A stretch of DNA of 34,987 nt from the NCBI GenBank assembly GCA_043801595.1, contig JAZDLW010000011.1:1-34987 (forward strand), in the 5' to 3' direction. Both the position numbers and the translations under genes were made by a program. Position 1 is the first letter of the stretch. Every line of letters begins with the position of its first letter. The stretch is from Candidatus Aenigmatarchaeota archaeon. Lineage in GTDB: Archaea; Aenigmatarchaeota; Aenigmatarchaeia; JACPZZ01. The notes under the pieces are model-generated. The model searched no databases. It had not been told where the DNA came from and worked only from the letters and a program-made list of their open reading frames with translations. Below, piece after piece: positions 17,883 to 26,113 of the stretch.

Positions 17883-19369
17883 CAGAAGAATGGTTCAGGT
17901 GGGAGCGCGAATCTTCGATACAATCCATGTTTCCGTGCCTCAAGGCGTGGAATAAACCATTCAGGGATTACGTCGGCTTCGGTTGGCCCACATCTATACT
18001 AATTTATCTGAAGAACGTCGTTGCATGGTGTTTGAGACGGGACGATGTGTATAAATTCGGACAAAAACTAATTGATTATTATTTAGTACAGTATAATTTG
18101 TCGAAATTGAAAACCGATATAGAAGTCGAATCTGGAAGATTGAATGCAATCTTCAATGATATCGACAGTACCAGACTGCCAGATTTAGACAACGATAAGG
18201 TTCTGGCGCTTTACAATTCCTTGGTAAACGAGTATATCGAATGGTACAAGATCGGAGGTTCAATAGAGCCGATAGATATGCAGGCCGAAAAAGTACTCGC
18301 AGAAACACTCGTGCATATGGGCAAGGATACGAAATTACTTTCGTCCCTAATTGTCATATCAAATGAATCGTTCGCAATGGAGCAACAAAAGGATTTGCTT
18401 CGAATCGCTGCAAAGATAAAATCAACAGAAGGCGGGGAATATATTTTCAGCAGATCAACCGAAAAGATTGTTGAAGAAATGTCCGATGAACTGAAAGATT
18501 TTATAGACGCGCATACGAAGAAATATTTTTGGGTGAAAAACAATTTTCTCTCAACGTCGATGTTAGACCATAAATTTTTCGTGGGAGAACTGAAAAAAAT
18601 AATGGCAGAAGTAAAAGATCCGGCTTCGTATATTTCAGGGCTTGAAACAAAATACCAAAAATCATTGAAAGTAAAGAAGAACCTTATCAGAAATATGAGA
18701 TTGCCGGATAAGGACAAAAAACTCATAGACCTGCTTGATTTTTTCGGCTGGTTCCAGGATTACAGGAAAAAATATGTTCTAATGACGCTGCACTATTTGG
18801 ATGTTTTGTTAGCAGAGATAAGTGAAAGGAGCGGTGTATCTCTGGACGAACTCAAGTTCACATTTCCGGGGGAAATGGAACTCATACTAAAGGGCGGTTT
18901 TTCGCGCAATGAGATCTCAAAGAGAATGCGCAATTGCATGATAATCTGGAGGGAGAATTCCGACAACTACGAGTATTACTCAGGTGAAGGCGCGTTCAAA
19001 AAGGAGAAGGAGATCTTTTCAAAAGATGATAAGTTGCCGGAGGTCATGGAGATCAACGGTTCCCCGGCCCAACGTGGCATAGTACGCGGCGTAGCATTTG
19101 TAACATCGAGCGCGATTGATGCTGGTAACATGAAGCGCGGCCAGATACTAGTGGCACCGATGACTTCTCCGGATTTCGTTACAGTCATGAAGAAAGCCGC
19201 TGCGATAGTTACTGACTGGGGAGGGCTTCTTTGCCATGCAGCGATAGTTTCGCGCGAATTCGGCATTCCGTGCGTGGTTGGCACAAACATCGCCACAAAG
19301 GTTATCAAGACAGGCGATATGATAGAGGTCGACGCCGACGAAGGTGTAGTAAGAAAGATTATCGGGTGA
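17879..19369 (+). CDS. Protein with C-terminal PEP-utilising-enzyme mobile (phosphohistidine swivel) domain
   Basis: C-terminal ILVAPMTSPD..AIVTDWGGLLCHAAIVSREFGIPCVVG; about 390-aa N-terminal region with no recognisable ATP-grasp motifs. ATGA overlap with the HD gene. Confidence 0.85.
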   Translation: MTEEWFRWERESSIQSMFPCLKAWNKPFRDYVGFGWPTSILIYLKNVVAWCLRRDDVYKFGQKLIDYYLVQYNLSKLKTDIEVESGRLNAIFNDIDSTRLPDLDNDKVLALYNSLVNEYIEWYKIGGSIEPIDMQAEKVLAETLVHMGKDTKLLSSLIVISNESFAMEQQKDLLRIAAKIKSTEGGEYIFSRSTEKIVEEMSDELKDFIDAHTKKYFWVKNNFLSTSMLDHKFFVGELKKIMAEVKDPASYISGLETKYQKSLKVKKNLIRNMRLPDKDKKLIDLLDFFGWFQDYRKKYVLMTLHYLDVLLAEISERSGVSLDELKFTFPGEMELILKGGFSRNEISKRMRNCMIIWRENSDNYEYYSGEGAFKKEKEIFSKDDKLPEVMEINGSPAQRGIVRGVAFVTSSAIDAGNMKRGQILVAPMTSPDFVTVMKKAAAIVTDWGGLLCHAAIVSREFGIPCVVGTNIATKVIKTGDMIEVDADEGVVRKIIG

Positions 19370-19399
19370 TTATAACAGATAATCACTGCACGTAAATAA

Positions 19400-19741
19400 T
19401 CAAAGATATCTGGTGAATTTGTTTTTATCGTCTACAAGGACTATTTTCGGGTTTATCGCCTTTTCCGAAAGCTCGAAACCCATCACTATTATCTTTTCGC
19501 CTTTTTTGATCACGTGGCTGGAAGCGCCGTTCATGCAGATCATTCCTGACAGTTTTGGACCCGGTATTACGTACGTCTCCAGCCTCGTGCCTGTCGTATT
19601 GCTTACAACAAGGACTTTTTCGTATATGACCAGGCCCGCCTTTTCCATCAAATCTTCATCAATCGTTATGCTGCCGACATAGTTCAGCCTCGCATCCGTG
19701 ACAGTGGCATTGTGTATCTTCGACCTTAGCAGGAAGCGCAT
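19400..19741 (-). CDS. panD: Aspartate 1-decarboxylase (pyruvoyl-dependent)
   Basis: SKIHNATVT..LNYVGSITID (Gly-Ser self-cleavage site), RLETYVI, NGA. Start set at ATG 19741. Confidence 0.92.
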   Translation of the reverse strand: MRFLLRSKIHNATVTDARLNYVGSITIDEDLMEKAGLVIYEKVLVVSNTTGTRLETYVIPGPKLSGMICMNGASSHVIKKGEKIIVMGFELSEKAINPKIVLVDDKNKFTRYL

Positions 19742-19780
19742 GCTGTTACTTCGCATTGAAAATTATTAAATACATTCTCT

Positions 19781-19834
19781 TTTGATTGAACTTTTCCTAA
19801 AAGTTCATTTGGTAGAACTTTTGTTAAAAGTTCT
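19781..19834. repeat. Two tandem 27-bp palindromic repeats
   Basis: TTTGATTGAACTTTTCCTAAAAGTTCA (19781-19807) directly followed by TTTGGTAGAACTTTTGTTAAAAGTTCT (19808-19834); each forms a 9-bp stem with a 3-nt loop. Confidence 0.85.
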
Positions 19835-19986
19835 ATCGGAACCCTGATCTGGAAACCGCATTAATATCGGCAGAAATAACTATGATCATGCCCAAATATG
19901 GCCGTCATTTGGTCTTTCCAGCAAGGAAAAACTCGCTGGCGGGTTTTGTCCCTGTTAAAAACAATATACGAAAATTCACGCAGCAG

Positions 19987-21207
19987 ATGCAAGACTCTGC
20001 AAATTGTTACATGTGCAAGACCATGAAAAAAATCTCAGGCGTGGAAATGTGTCCGCGCCATCTGAAAGAGTATCATTATTTCAAAACAAAACCCATGATT
20101 AACTCGCTGTCGCTGGAAGGGTCGAGCCCGCCCGGCATATTTGTCGGCCGCGCCGGATATCCGAAAGTATTTGTCGGCCCGCTCATTCCGCCTGTGCACG
20201 GCGATACCCTGATGATGGATACCCCTGAAATGTGGAATAACCTTCCTATAGACAACATCGTCTCATTCCGTTCGCAGCTGGTGAGGGGAATGAAAGCGGT
20301 CGATATTACGGATAACGAGTCAAGATTCGCGTGCATTATCAAGGAGCTTGCGCTTGCCAAAGATTCCGCAGAAGTCGAGGCGAATTTTTCAAAGATGCCC
20401 AGAGGCGGCTCTATGAGCGAAGATTCGCAGCCGTTCGGCCCGTCAGCTCCGATAAAGGATATTTTTGTCGGTTCAATGAAAACCGAACAGAGTATTGATA
20501 AGGCCTACTCAGACACGGATTTGTTATCTTCTGACGCCATCATGGATCTTTACAGGAAGGGAATATTCATATCAAAGATACAGCGTTCTTTTTCAGCAGG
20601 CTTGTTCGGTCTTGGGAAAAGGAGAAAACTCGTTCCTACGCGCTGGTCGATAACGGCCGTAGATTCGACACTGTCGAAAATAATTTCGGAAAATTTAAAA
20701 ATGCATCCGTCAATAGACGAGTTCCGCGTTTATTATTACGAGGCTCTCGACAATCGCTGGGCGGTTTTAATGATGCCTTACGAATGGTCTTACGAACTTA
20801 TCGAGGCGTGGTATCCCAGCACATTATGGAACCCCGCATCGCAGATAGTGATAATGTCCGACCACGAAGGCAACGAAGGAAAAAAGGAGTACAGCCGGAT
20901 CGGCGGATGTTTTTACTCCGCGCGTCTAGCAGTTTCGGAACATCTTGAAAAAGAACATCGCCAAGCCGCAACAGTAATAATGCGTGAAACGCATCCCGGA
21001 TACATTCTTCCGTTAGGCGTATGGGTTACGCGAAATGCAGTGCGCGAATGCCTGACAAAAGAGCCCGCGAAATTCGATAACCTCGTCGCAGCATTGGACC
21101 ACATATCTACAAAACTTGCGATCAAAACCGACAGGTGGATACAAAACTCGGCTATATTGCGGAACACGATGTACCAAAAAAAACTGGGAAGTTTTGTTCA
21201 GAAATAA
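19987..21207 (+). CDS. nreA: Archaeal DNA repair protein Nre
   Basis: GSSPPGIFVGRAGYPKV, LVPTRWSITAVD, GGCFYSARL, Y..PLGVW, C-terminal PIP box QKKLGSF. Start uncertain (19882-20011). Confidence 0.92.
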   Translation: MQDSANCYMCKTMKKISGVEMCPRHLKEYHYFKTKPMINSLSLEGSSPPGIFVGRAGYPKVFVGPLIPPVHGDTLMMDTPEMWNNLPIDNIVSFRSQLVRGMKAVDITDNESRFACIIKELALAKDSAEVEANFSKMPRGGSMSEDSQPFGPSAPIKDIFVGSMKTEQSIDKAYSDTDLLSSDAIMDLYRKGIFISKIQRSFSAGLFGLGKRRKLVPTRWSITAVDSTLSKIISENLKMHPSIDEFRVYYYEALDNRWAVLMMPYEWSYELIEAWYPSTLWNPASQIVIMSDHEGNEGKKEYSRIGGCFYSARLAVSEHLEKEHRQAATVIMRETHPGYILPLGVWVTRNAVRECLTKEPAKFDNLVAALDHISTKLAIKTDRWIQNSAILRNTMYQKKLGSFVQK

Positions 21208-21209
21208 TT

Positions 21210-23099
21210 TTATTTCGATTTCTTTATTTCTTCCGTAAGTAATTCGTTGACAAGTTTCCCGTCTATCTTTCCACGCACTTGTTTCATGACAGTTCCCATT
21301 AATTTCTTGACCGCGCCTCTTTTGTCCTTCTTAATGACATTGGCGCTTTTCTGCACAACCTCTTTTATGACAGCCTTTAACTCGTCTCTCGTTATCGCTT
21401 TCATTCCGAGTTTCGTTATAGTTTCGTCAACAGTCTGGTTCGGGTACTTGCTGACCGCCTTTAGCACTTCAGGCACGGCTTCTTTTCCTATTCTTCTCGC
21501 TTCGAGCAACTTGAATATTTCGAGCATCTTTTCTTCGTTGACTTTTTCGACCTTGATGCCCGTTCTCCTCAGTTCTTTCATAGTCGACATCAGAACAGAT
21601 GCGATAAACTTTGGCGATACCCCTGTTTTTTCGGCAATGCTTTCGAAATCATTCAGGTATTCGGATTTTATTATCTGTTCCGACAAGTCTTTTCCCAGTC
21701 CCATCTTCGTGAAACGATTGAGTTTTCTGTCCCATGTTTCGGGCATGTGTTTTCTTGTTTCCTCAATCAGGTCCTTTGTTATCCTGAACGGCGAAATGTC
21801 CGTTTCCGGATATAATCTCGATGATCCGGGCAGCGGCCTTGAAAACTTCGTTGTGCCGTCATCGTTCGCGGATCGCACTTCGCGCGGAATTTCGAACAAG
21901 GATGTCTTGCATCGTTCAAGCACAGCATTGCACGCGCGCAAAACTTTTTCGCCGGCGCCCGCAACGATTACAACACAGTCTTCAGATTCGAAATCAAGGA
22001 ACGCTTTTACGCGCTCGATTTCCGCGTCCATTTGGTAATTCGTCAGGTCTTCATCTGTGTGCGTTATCCCGCCGACCCCATGCGCCGACGCATAATCGGA
22101 CAGCTCGCGTCCGAACGTTTTGCCGGGGCAAAGCTCTTTTTTCAGTAACGACCCAAACTTCGAAAGGTTGAACGCGTATATTCGATTATTCTCTGCCAGG
22201 AGTTTTTTTATGAATTTTGATTTTGTTTCTGCAAATATTTCCGTTACATCCTGCGGTTTTTCGAACAGTTCAAGCCTGCATCCGCGCCTTTTCAGCTCTT
22301 CTTTTATCTCCACCAATGAAACCTGTCTCTGCGCCTCGTATTCAATCGCTTTTTCAATCAGTTCGAGGGTCTGCACGCCCTTTATCTCAACGCGATTGCC
22401 GCCTGCGACAGAAACGTTGACATCCTGGCGTATTGTTCCGATTCCGCGCAAAACTTTTCCGGTGGAACGGACGAGCATTCCGAGGTGGTACGCAATCTCA
22501 ACTGCATCCTTCGGCGTTAACCCTTCTAACAATCCAGTAGATATTTCTACAAGCGGTATTCCCAACCTGTCGAGCCTGTAAACAACATTCTCGTTGTCGT
22601 TGCTCACTATGCCCGCTGATTCCTCTTCAACAGCGATCGCGGGTATGAGTATTTTTTTATTTGCGTAGCTTAGTGTGCCGTTAAGTCCGATTATCGCTGT
22701 TCGTTGGAAGCCCGAAGGGTTTGAACCGTCGATGACAGTTTTTCGCATAACGTGTATCTCGCCTGGTATATCAGCCTTCAAAAGCAGCGCAAGTTCGAGA
22801 ACAGTCTTCACAGCTTCCGGATCAATCGGATGCGGCGGTTCCTCGTCTATGTCAACGAGGCATGTTTCCTCCTTGAAAAGGTGGTACGTAAACATGCGAT
22901 TTCGGACAAATTCGTACGCTGCTGCCATGTCGACCGAACCCATCTCTCCTGCAACAGCGCGAAGCTTCCTGTTTACATTCGCGATCGGTTGCTCCGTTGA
23001 CATCCTCGCCGGACAGTCGCAGAATAATTTGCGCGTAGTTGCGAGTCGCTGGTGTATCTCAACCCCGTATTTCAATCCGACTTTTTGGTAATCTATCAT
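21210..23099 (-). CDS. gatE: Glutamyl-tRNA(Gln) amidotransferase subunit E
   Basis: GVEIHQRL..KLFC, DEEPPH, DGSNPSGFQRT, LDRLGIPLVEI, GTIRQDVNVS, RPLPG..RLYPETD. Confidence 0.97.
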   Translation of the reverse strand: MIDYQKVGLKYGVEIHQRLATTRKLFCDCPARMSTEQPIANVNRKLRAVAGEMGSVDMAAAYEFVRNRMFTYHLFKEETCLVDIDEEPPHPIDPEAVKTVLELALLLKADIPGEIHVMRKTVIDGSNPSGFQRTAIIGLNGTLSYANKKILIPAIAVEEESAGIVSNDNENVVYRLDRLGIPLVEISTGLLEGLTPKDAVEIAYHLGMLVRSTGKVLRGIGTIRQDVNVSVAGGNRVEIKGVQTLELIEKAIEYEAQRQVSLVEIKEELKRRGCRLELFEKPQDVTEIFAETKSKFIKKLLAENNRIYAFNLSKFGSLLKKELCPGKTFGRELSDYASAHGVGGITHTDEDLTNYQMDAEIERVKAFLDFESEDCVVIVAGAGEKVLRACNAVLERCKTSLFEIPREVRSANDDGTTKFSRPLPGSSRLYPETDISPFRITKDLIEETRKHMPETWDRKLNRFTKMGLGKDLSEQIIKSEYLNDFESIAEKTGVSPKFIASVLMSTMKELRRTGIKVEKVNEEKMLEIFKLLEARRIGKEAVPEVLKAVSKYPNQTVDETITKLGMKAITRDELKAVIKEVVQKSANVIKKDKRGAVKKLMGTVMKQVRGKIDGKLVNELLTEEIKKSK

Positions 23100-23106
23100 A
23101 TAACCA

Positions 23107-24438
23107 CTAAAACTGTTTTAATTCTCTTCTTTTGGAAATCTCGCCGGCCATGTTGGTAAGGAACAGTTCCTTGACTTTTGCAATATCTTTTGTACTGCCG
23201 AGTATCCACGATAATTTTGCAAAAGCCGTCTCTGTCGTCATGTCCTCTGCGAAGATCACGCCCGTATCAGCGAGTAATCTCAAATTTTTGTACACGCTCG
23301 CGCTCGTTGCGCCGTTTATGGTTTGCGAAGTTATGACAACAGTAACGCCGTTTTTCACAACGCTCTTTATTGCGGGTATCCACGATTTTTTCGGATCTTC
23401 TGTTGAGGTTGGAACGTGCCCCAAACCCGTCCCTTCTATCACAATGCCCCGAAAACCGTTCTTTGAGTAAAAATCCAGAACAGCCGGATCCGAACCGGGA
23501 TACGTTTTAACTATCGCAACCTTCGGTTCGATGTTTACATTTACATTCGGCACGCGTTTTTTATCCTTGACCAGGTAGTTTTTTGAAAGCATTGTAACGC
23601 TGCCGTTGCTTTCAACGCGCGCAACAGGACTTGCGTTTATCGGTTTGAACGCGTCGCGCCTGCTCGTGTGCATTTTTCTTACCTTTGTGGCAGGCAGTAT
23701 CAAGCACGAATCATCAGAAGGATTTTCGTGCATGCAAACCGCAACGCCCGCAAAATCCGTTTTCGTAATAAAGTTCACGGCGCACATCAGGTTGAGAGCT
23801 GCATCGCTGCTTCCGCGGTCCGACGATCGCTGCGCCCCGACCAGTACGACCGGAACAGACAAATTTTGCAGCATGAAACTCAGCATTGCCGAGGAATAGT
23901 GAAGCGTATCAGTTCCGTGCCCGATGATTATGCCGTCGAGTCCCAATTTTATGTCGCGTTCGACCTCTTTTGCAAGGTAGCCGTATTTCATCGTGTCAAT
24001 GTCCTCGGAAGCGATGTTCATCACCATCCTCGATTTTATATTCGCAACCTTTAGCAGTTCCGGAAACATTGCAAGAAACTCTTCTGGCGTAACAGCCGGC
24101 GATACGCCGCCCGTTTTATAATCGACTCTGGACGCTATTGTCCCGCCTGTGTGCAGGATCATTATTGTCTGTTTTTTCGGGTCAAACGCAAGCGCGCGCG
24201 TTGCGAATTTTTCAACCTTGGGTTTTGTCCCCAGTTTTTCGAGTTTTAATTTCGAGTTGTACTCAATACCGATGTTGTAACCGTTCTCAAGTTTTATCAG
24301 AAGCACGTTCGGGTCGCTAACCTCGCTTTTCGGCATAACCGTGCCAATATACACGTCTTTTTCCTTTGTGACCTTTATTTCATCCTCTACATCTATCTTC
24401 TTCTTTCTCAGCGCCTTTTCCAGCGGTTTCGAGTACAT
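23107..24438 (-). CDS. gatD: Glutamyl-tRNA(Gln) amidotransferase subunit D
   Basis: KLENGYNIG, TGGTIASRVDY, HGTDT, GAQRSSDRGSSD, RKMHTSRRDAF; adjacent to gatE. Confidence 0.97.
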   Translation of the reverse strand: MYSKPLEKALRKKKIDVEDEIKVTKEKDVYIGTVMPKSEVSDPNVLLIKLENGYNIGIEYNSKLKLEKLGTKPKVEKFATRALAFDPKKQTIMILHTGGTIASRVDYKTGGVSPAVTPEEFLAMFPELLKVANIKSRMVMNIASEDIDTMKYGYLAKEVERDIKLGLDGIIIGHGTDTLHYSSAMLSFMLQNLSVPVVLVGAQRSSDRGSSDAALNLMCAVNFITKTDFAGVAVCMHENPSDDSCLILPATKVRKMHTSRRDAFKPINASPVARVESNGSVTMLSKNYLVKDKKRVPNVNVNIEPKVAIVKTYPGSDPAVLDFYSKNGFRGIVIEGTGLGHVPTSTEDPKKSWIPAIKSVVKNGVTVVITSQTINGATSASVYKNLRLLADTGVIFAEDMTTETAFAKLSWILGSTKDIAKVKELFLTNMAGEISKRRELKQF

Positions 24439-24450
24439 AATCTTCTCCGT

Positions 24451-25215
24451 TTAGAATTTGTTCAGTTTTTTCAGTTTTCCAATATCAGTTCCATCCAGCA
24501 TGTATGCTTCAGCGTTTTTGACATCAGCCAGCCTTATTACCGGCGCATTGCTTTTCCCGTGCGGGTCGAAAGGCCTGCCGCCAACGAACCGGTTAAAAGC
24601 TGGTATTATTATGATTTTCAGAACTTTAACCTTATTGTTCGTAACCGTCGACCGATAATGCTCTAAAAGCTTCCTTTTATCCAGATTAAGTCTTATCCAA
24701 GCTTGCTCTATGAATTTGAACCCTAATTTATCCCTAAATCCAATACATGGATGTATATGACCTATTAATAGATATTCTGCCTCTAAAACATCTTTTTTAG
24801 GCCAGCTGTGTCCGTGATTAAAGTATACATCATTTAAACAGAAACCATCTGTGCCGTGGAACTCTACTTCCGGAGATATGTGGTTCTTCAGGTCTCCATC
24901 GTGATTGCCAGGTACTATATCGACTTTTATCAGTTTAGACAGGTTATTTAAGAAAATGGGTATCTCCCGCATCTCCTGTATGGAGAAATAAGGTATATAG
25001 TGCTTTAAATCTCCAAGTAACACCAACCTGTTCGCCTTGGTCGTTTTAATGAGCTGTTTTATCCTTTCAAACAGTTTTCCCGTCTGTTTCGGGATTCGTA
25101 TACCTGCTTTGTATAATTCGTACTCAACCCCGATGTGCAAATCCGCAATAACCAGTGTTTTTCCGAACAGCACCGCAGGTTCGTTCGTTACAAATTTCGG
25201 CTCAATTTTCGGCAT
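24451..25215 (-). CDS. Calcineurin-like metallophosphoesterase (COG1407-like)
   Basis: ADLHIG, LGDLKH, GNHD, HGH, GHIHP, PAFN. Confidence 0.88.
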   Translation of the reverse strand: MPKIEPKFVTNEPAVLFGKTLVIADLHIGVEYELYKAGIRIPKQTGKLFERIKQLIKTTKANRLVLLGDLKHYIPYFSIQEMREIPIFLNNLSKLIKVDIVPGNHDGDLKNHISPEVEFHGTDGFCLNDVYFNHGHSWPKKDVLEAEYLLIGHIHPCIGFRDKLGFKFIEQAWIRLNLDKRKLLEHYRSTVTNNKVKVLKIIIIPAFNRFVGGRPFDPHGKSNAPVIRLADVKNAEAYMLDGTDIGKLKKLNKF

Positions 25216-25339
25216 TGTATAGTCTTCTGCAAGCCTTTTTTTAAATGCGAAAAATATGTGTTTTAATGCTTGGGATACTTTGAGTTTACCTGATTGAAGC
25301 GGTCGATGCTGAAGAAAACCGAAAAACCGTTATGAAGTT

Positions 25340-26071
25340 TTAGCTTAGGGTTGTTATCCACCCGTGCGCCTCTTTCAACAGCATATTCAAATGCGTTTTT
25401 TTGCTGAAATGGTGATTCGCATTTTTTATTGTCACCATCTTTTTCGCGGTTTTCAACATTCCGTAAAACTTTTTAGAATGCAGTATGTCGCAGCTTCTGT
25501 CCCTGTTGCCGTGTATTATCAGAACCGGTATGTTTAATTTTTTCGCTTCGTCGTAGGCGTCGCGTTCGATGTTTTCGAGGAATCGTTTGTTTACTTTTGT
25601 TTTGGCAACCTCTACCATCTCCCCTTCAATATGTTTGTACGTGTCTTTGCGCCTGCTGATTGCGATTTTCATATCTATCGCGGGCGCCATGAGCATCAGC
25701 GCATGGATGTCTTTGTTCATCACGGCCGCCAGGATCGCGACCATTCCCCCGAGGCTGTGACCGGCCACGATGATTTTTTTGAATCCCGTGCGCTTTGCAT
25801 AGCTCACTGCAGCGTTAAGGTCGTCAACCATCTGCTCTATGCTTGAATCGCTAACGTCGCCTTCGGAATCCCCGACACCGGAGAAGTCAAAACGCATTGT
25901 GGATATTTTTCTCTTCTCAAAGTGTTTTGAAAGTTCTCGCAATACCTTGTAATCTCGATCTGTGCCAAAGCCGTGCACCGATATTATAATGTAGTTGTCG
26001 TCGGGTTTGCCGTGGATTACTCCGGAAAGCAGATTTCCGTTATGGCCCGCAAAGCTTATTTTCAGGGGCAT
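25340..26071 (-). CDS. Alpha/beta hydrolase
   Basis: HGF, RFDFSGVGDSEG, GHSLGG nucleophile elbow, IHGNRD, NH. Confidence 0.9.
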   Translation of the reverse strand: MPLKISFAGHNGNLLSGVIHGKPDDNYIIISVHGFGTDRDYKVLRELSKHFEKRKISTMRFDFSGVGDSEGDVSDSSIEQMVDDLNAAVSYAKRTGFKKIIVAGHSLGGMVAILAAVMNKDIHALMLMAPAIDMKIAISRRKDTYKHIEGEMVEVAKTKVNKRFLENIERDAYDEAKKLNIPVLIIHGNRDRSCDILHSKKFYGMLKTAKKMVTIKNANHHFSKKTHLNMLLKEAHGWITTLS

Positions 26072-26113
26072 AATAAGATTCCACGAATCCCGCTTATAAG
26101 ATTTGCCATTCGC

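Noticed and set aside
17879..19369. Calling this gene ppsA or ppdK
   Set aside because: Only the His-swivel domain is recognisable; the nucleotide-binding and PEP-binding domains are missing.
19781..19834. CRISPR mini-array
   Set aside because: Repeats abut with no spacer, there are only two units, and no cas genes are present.
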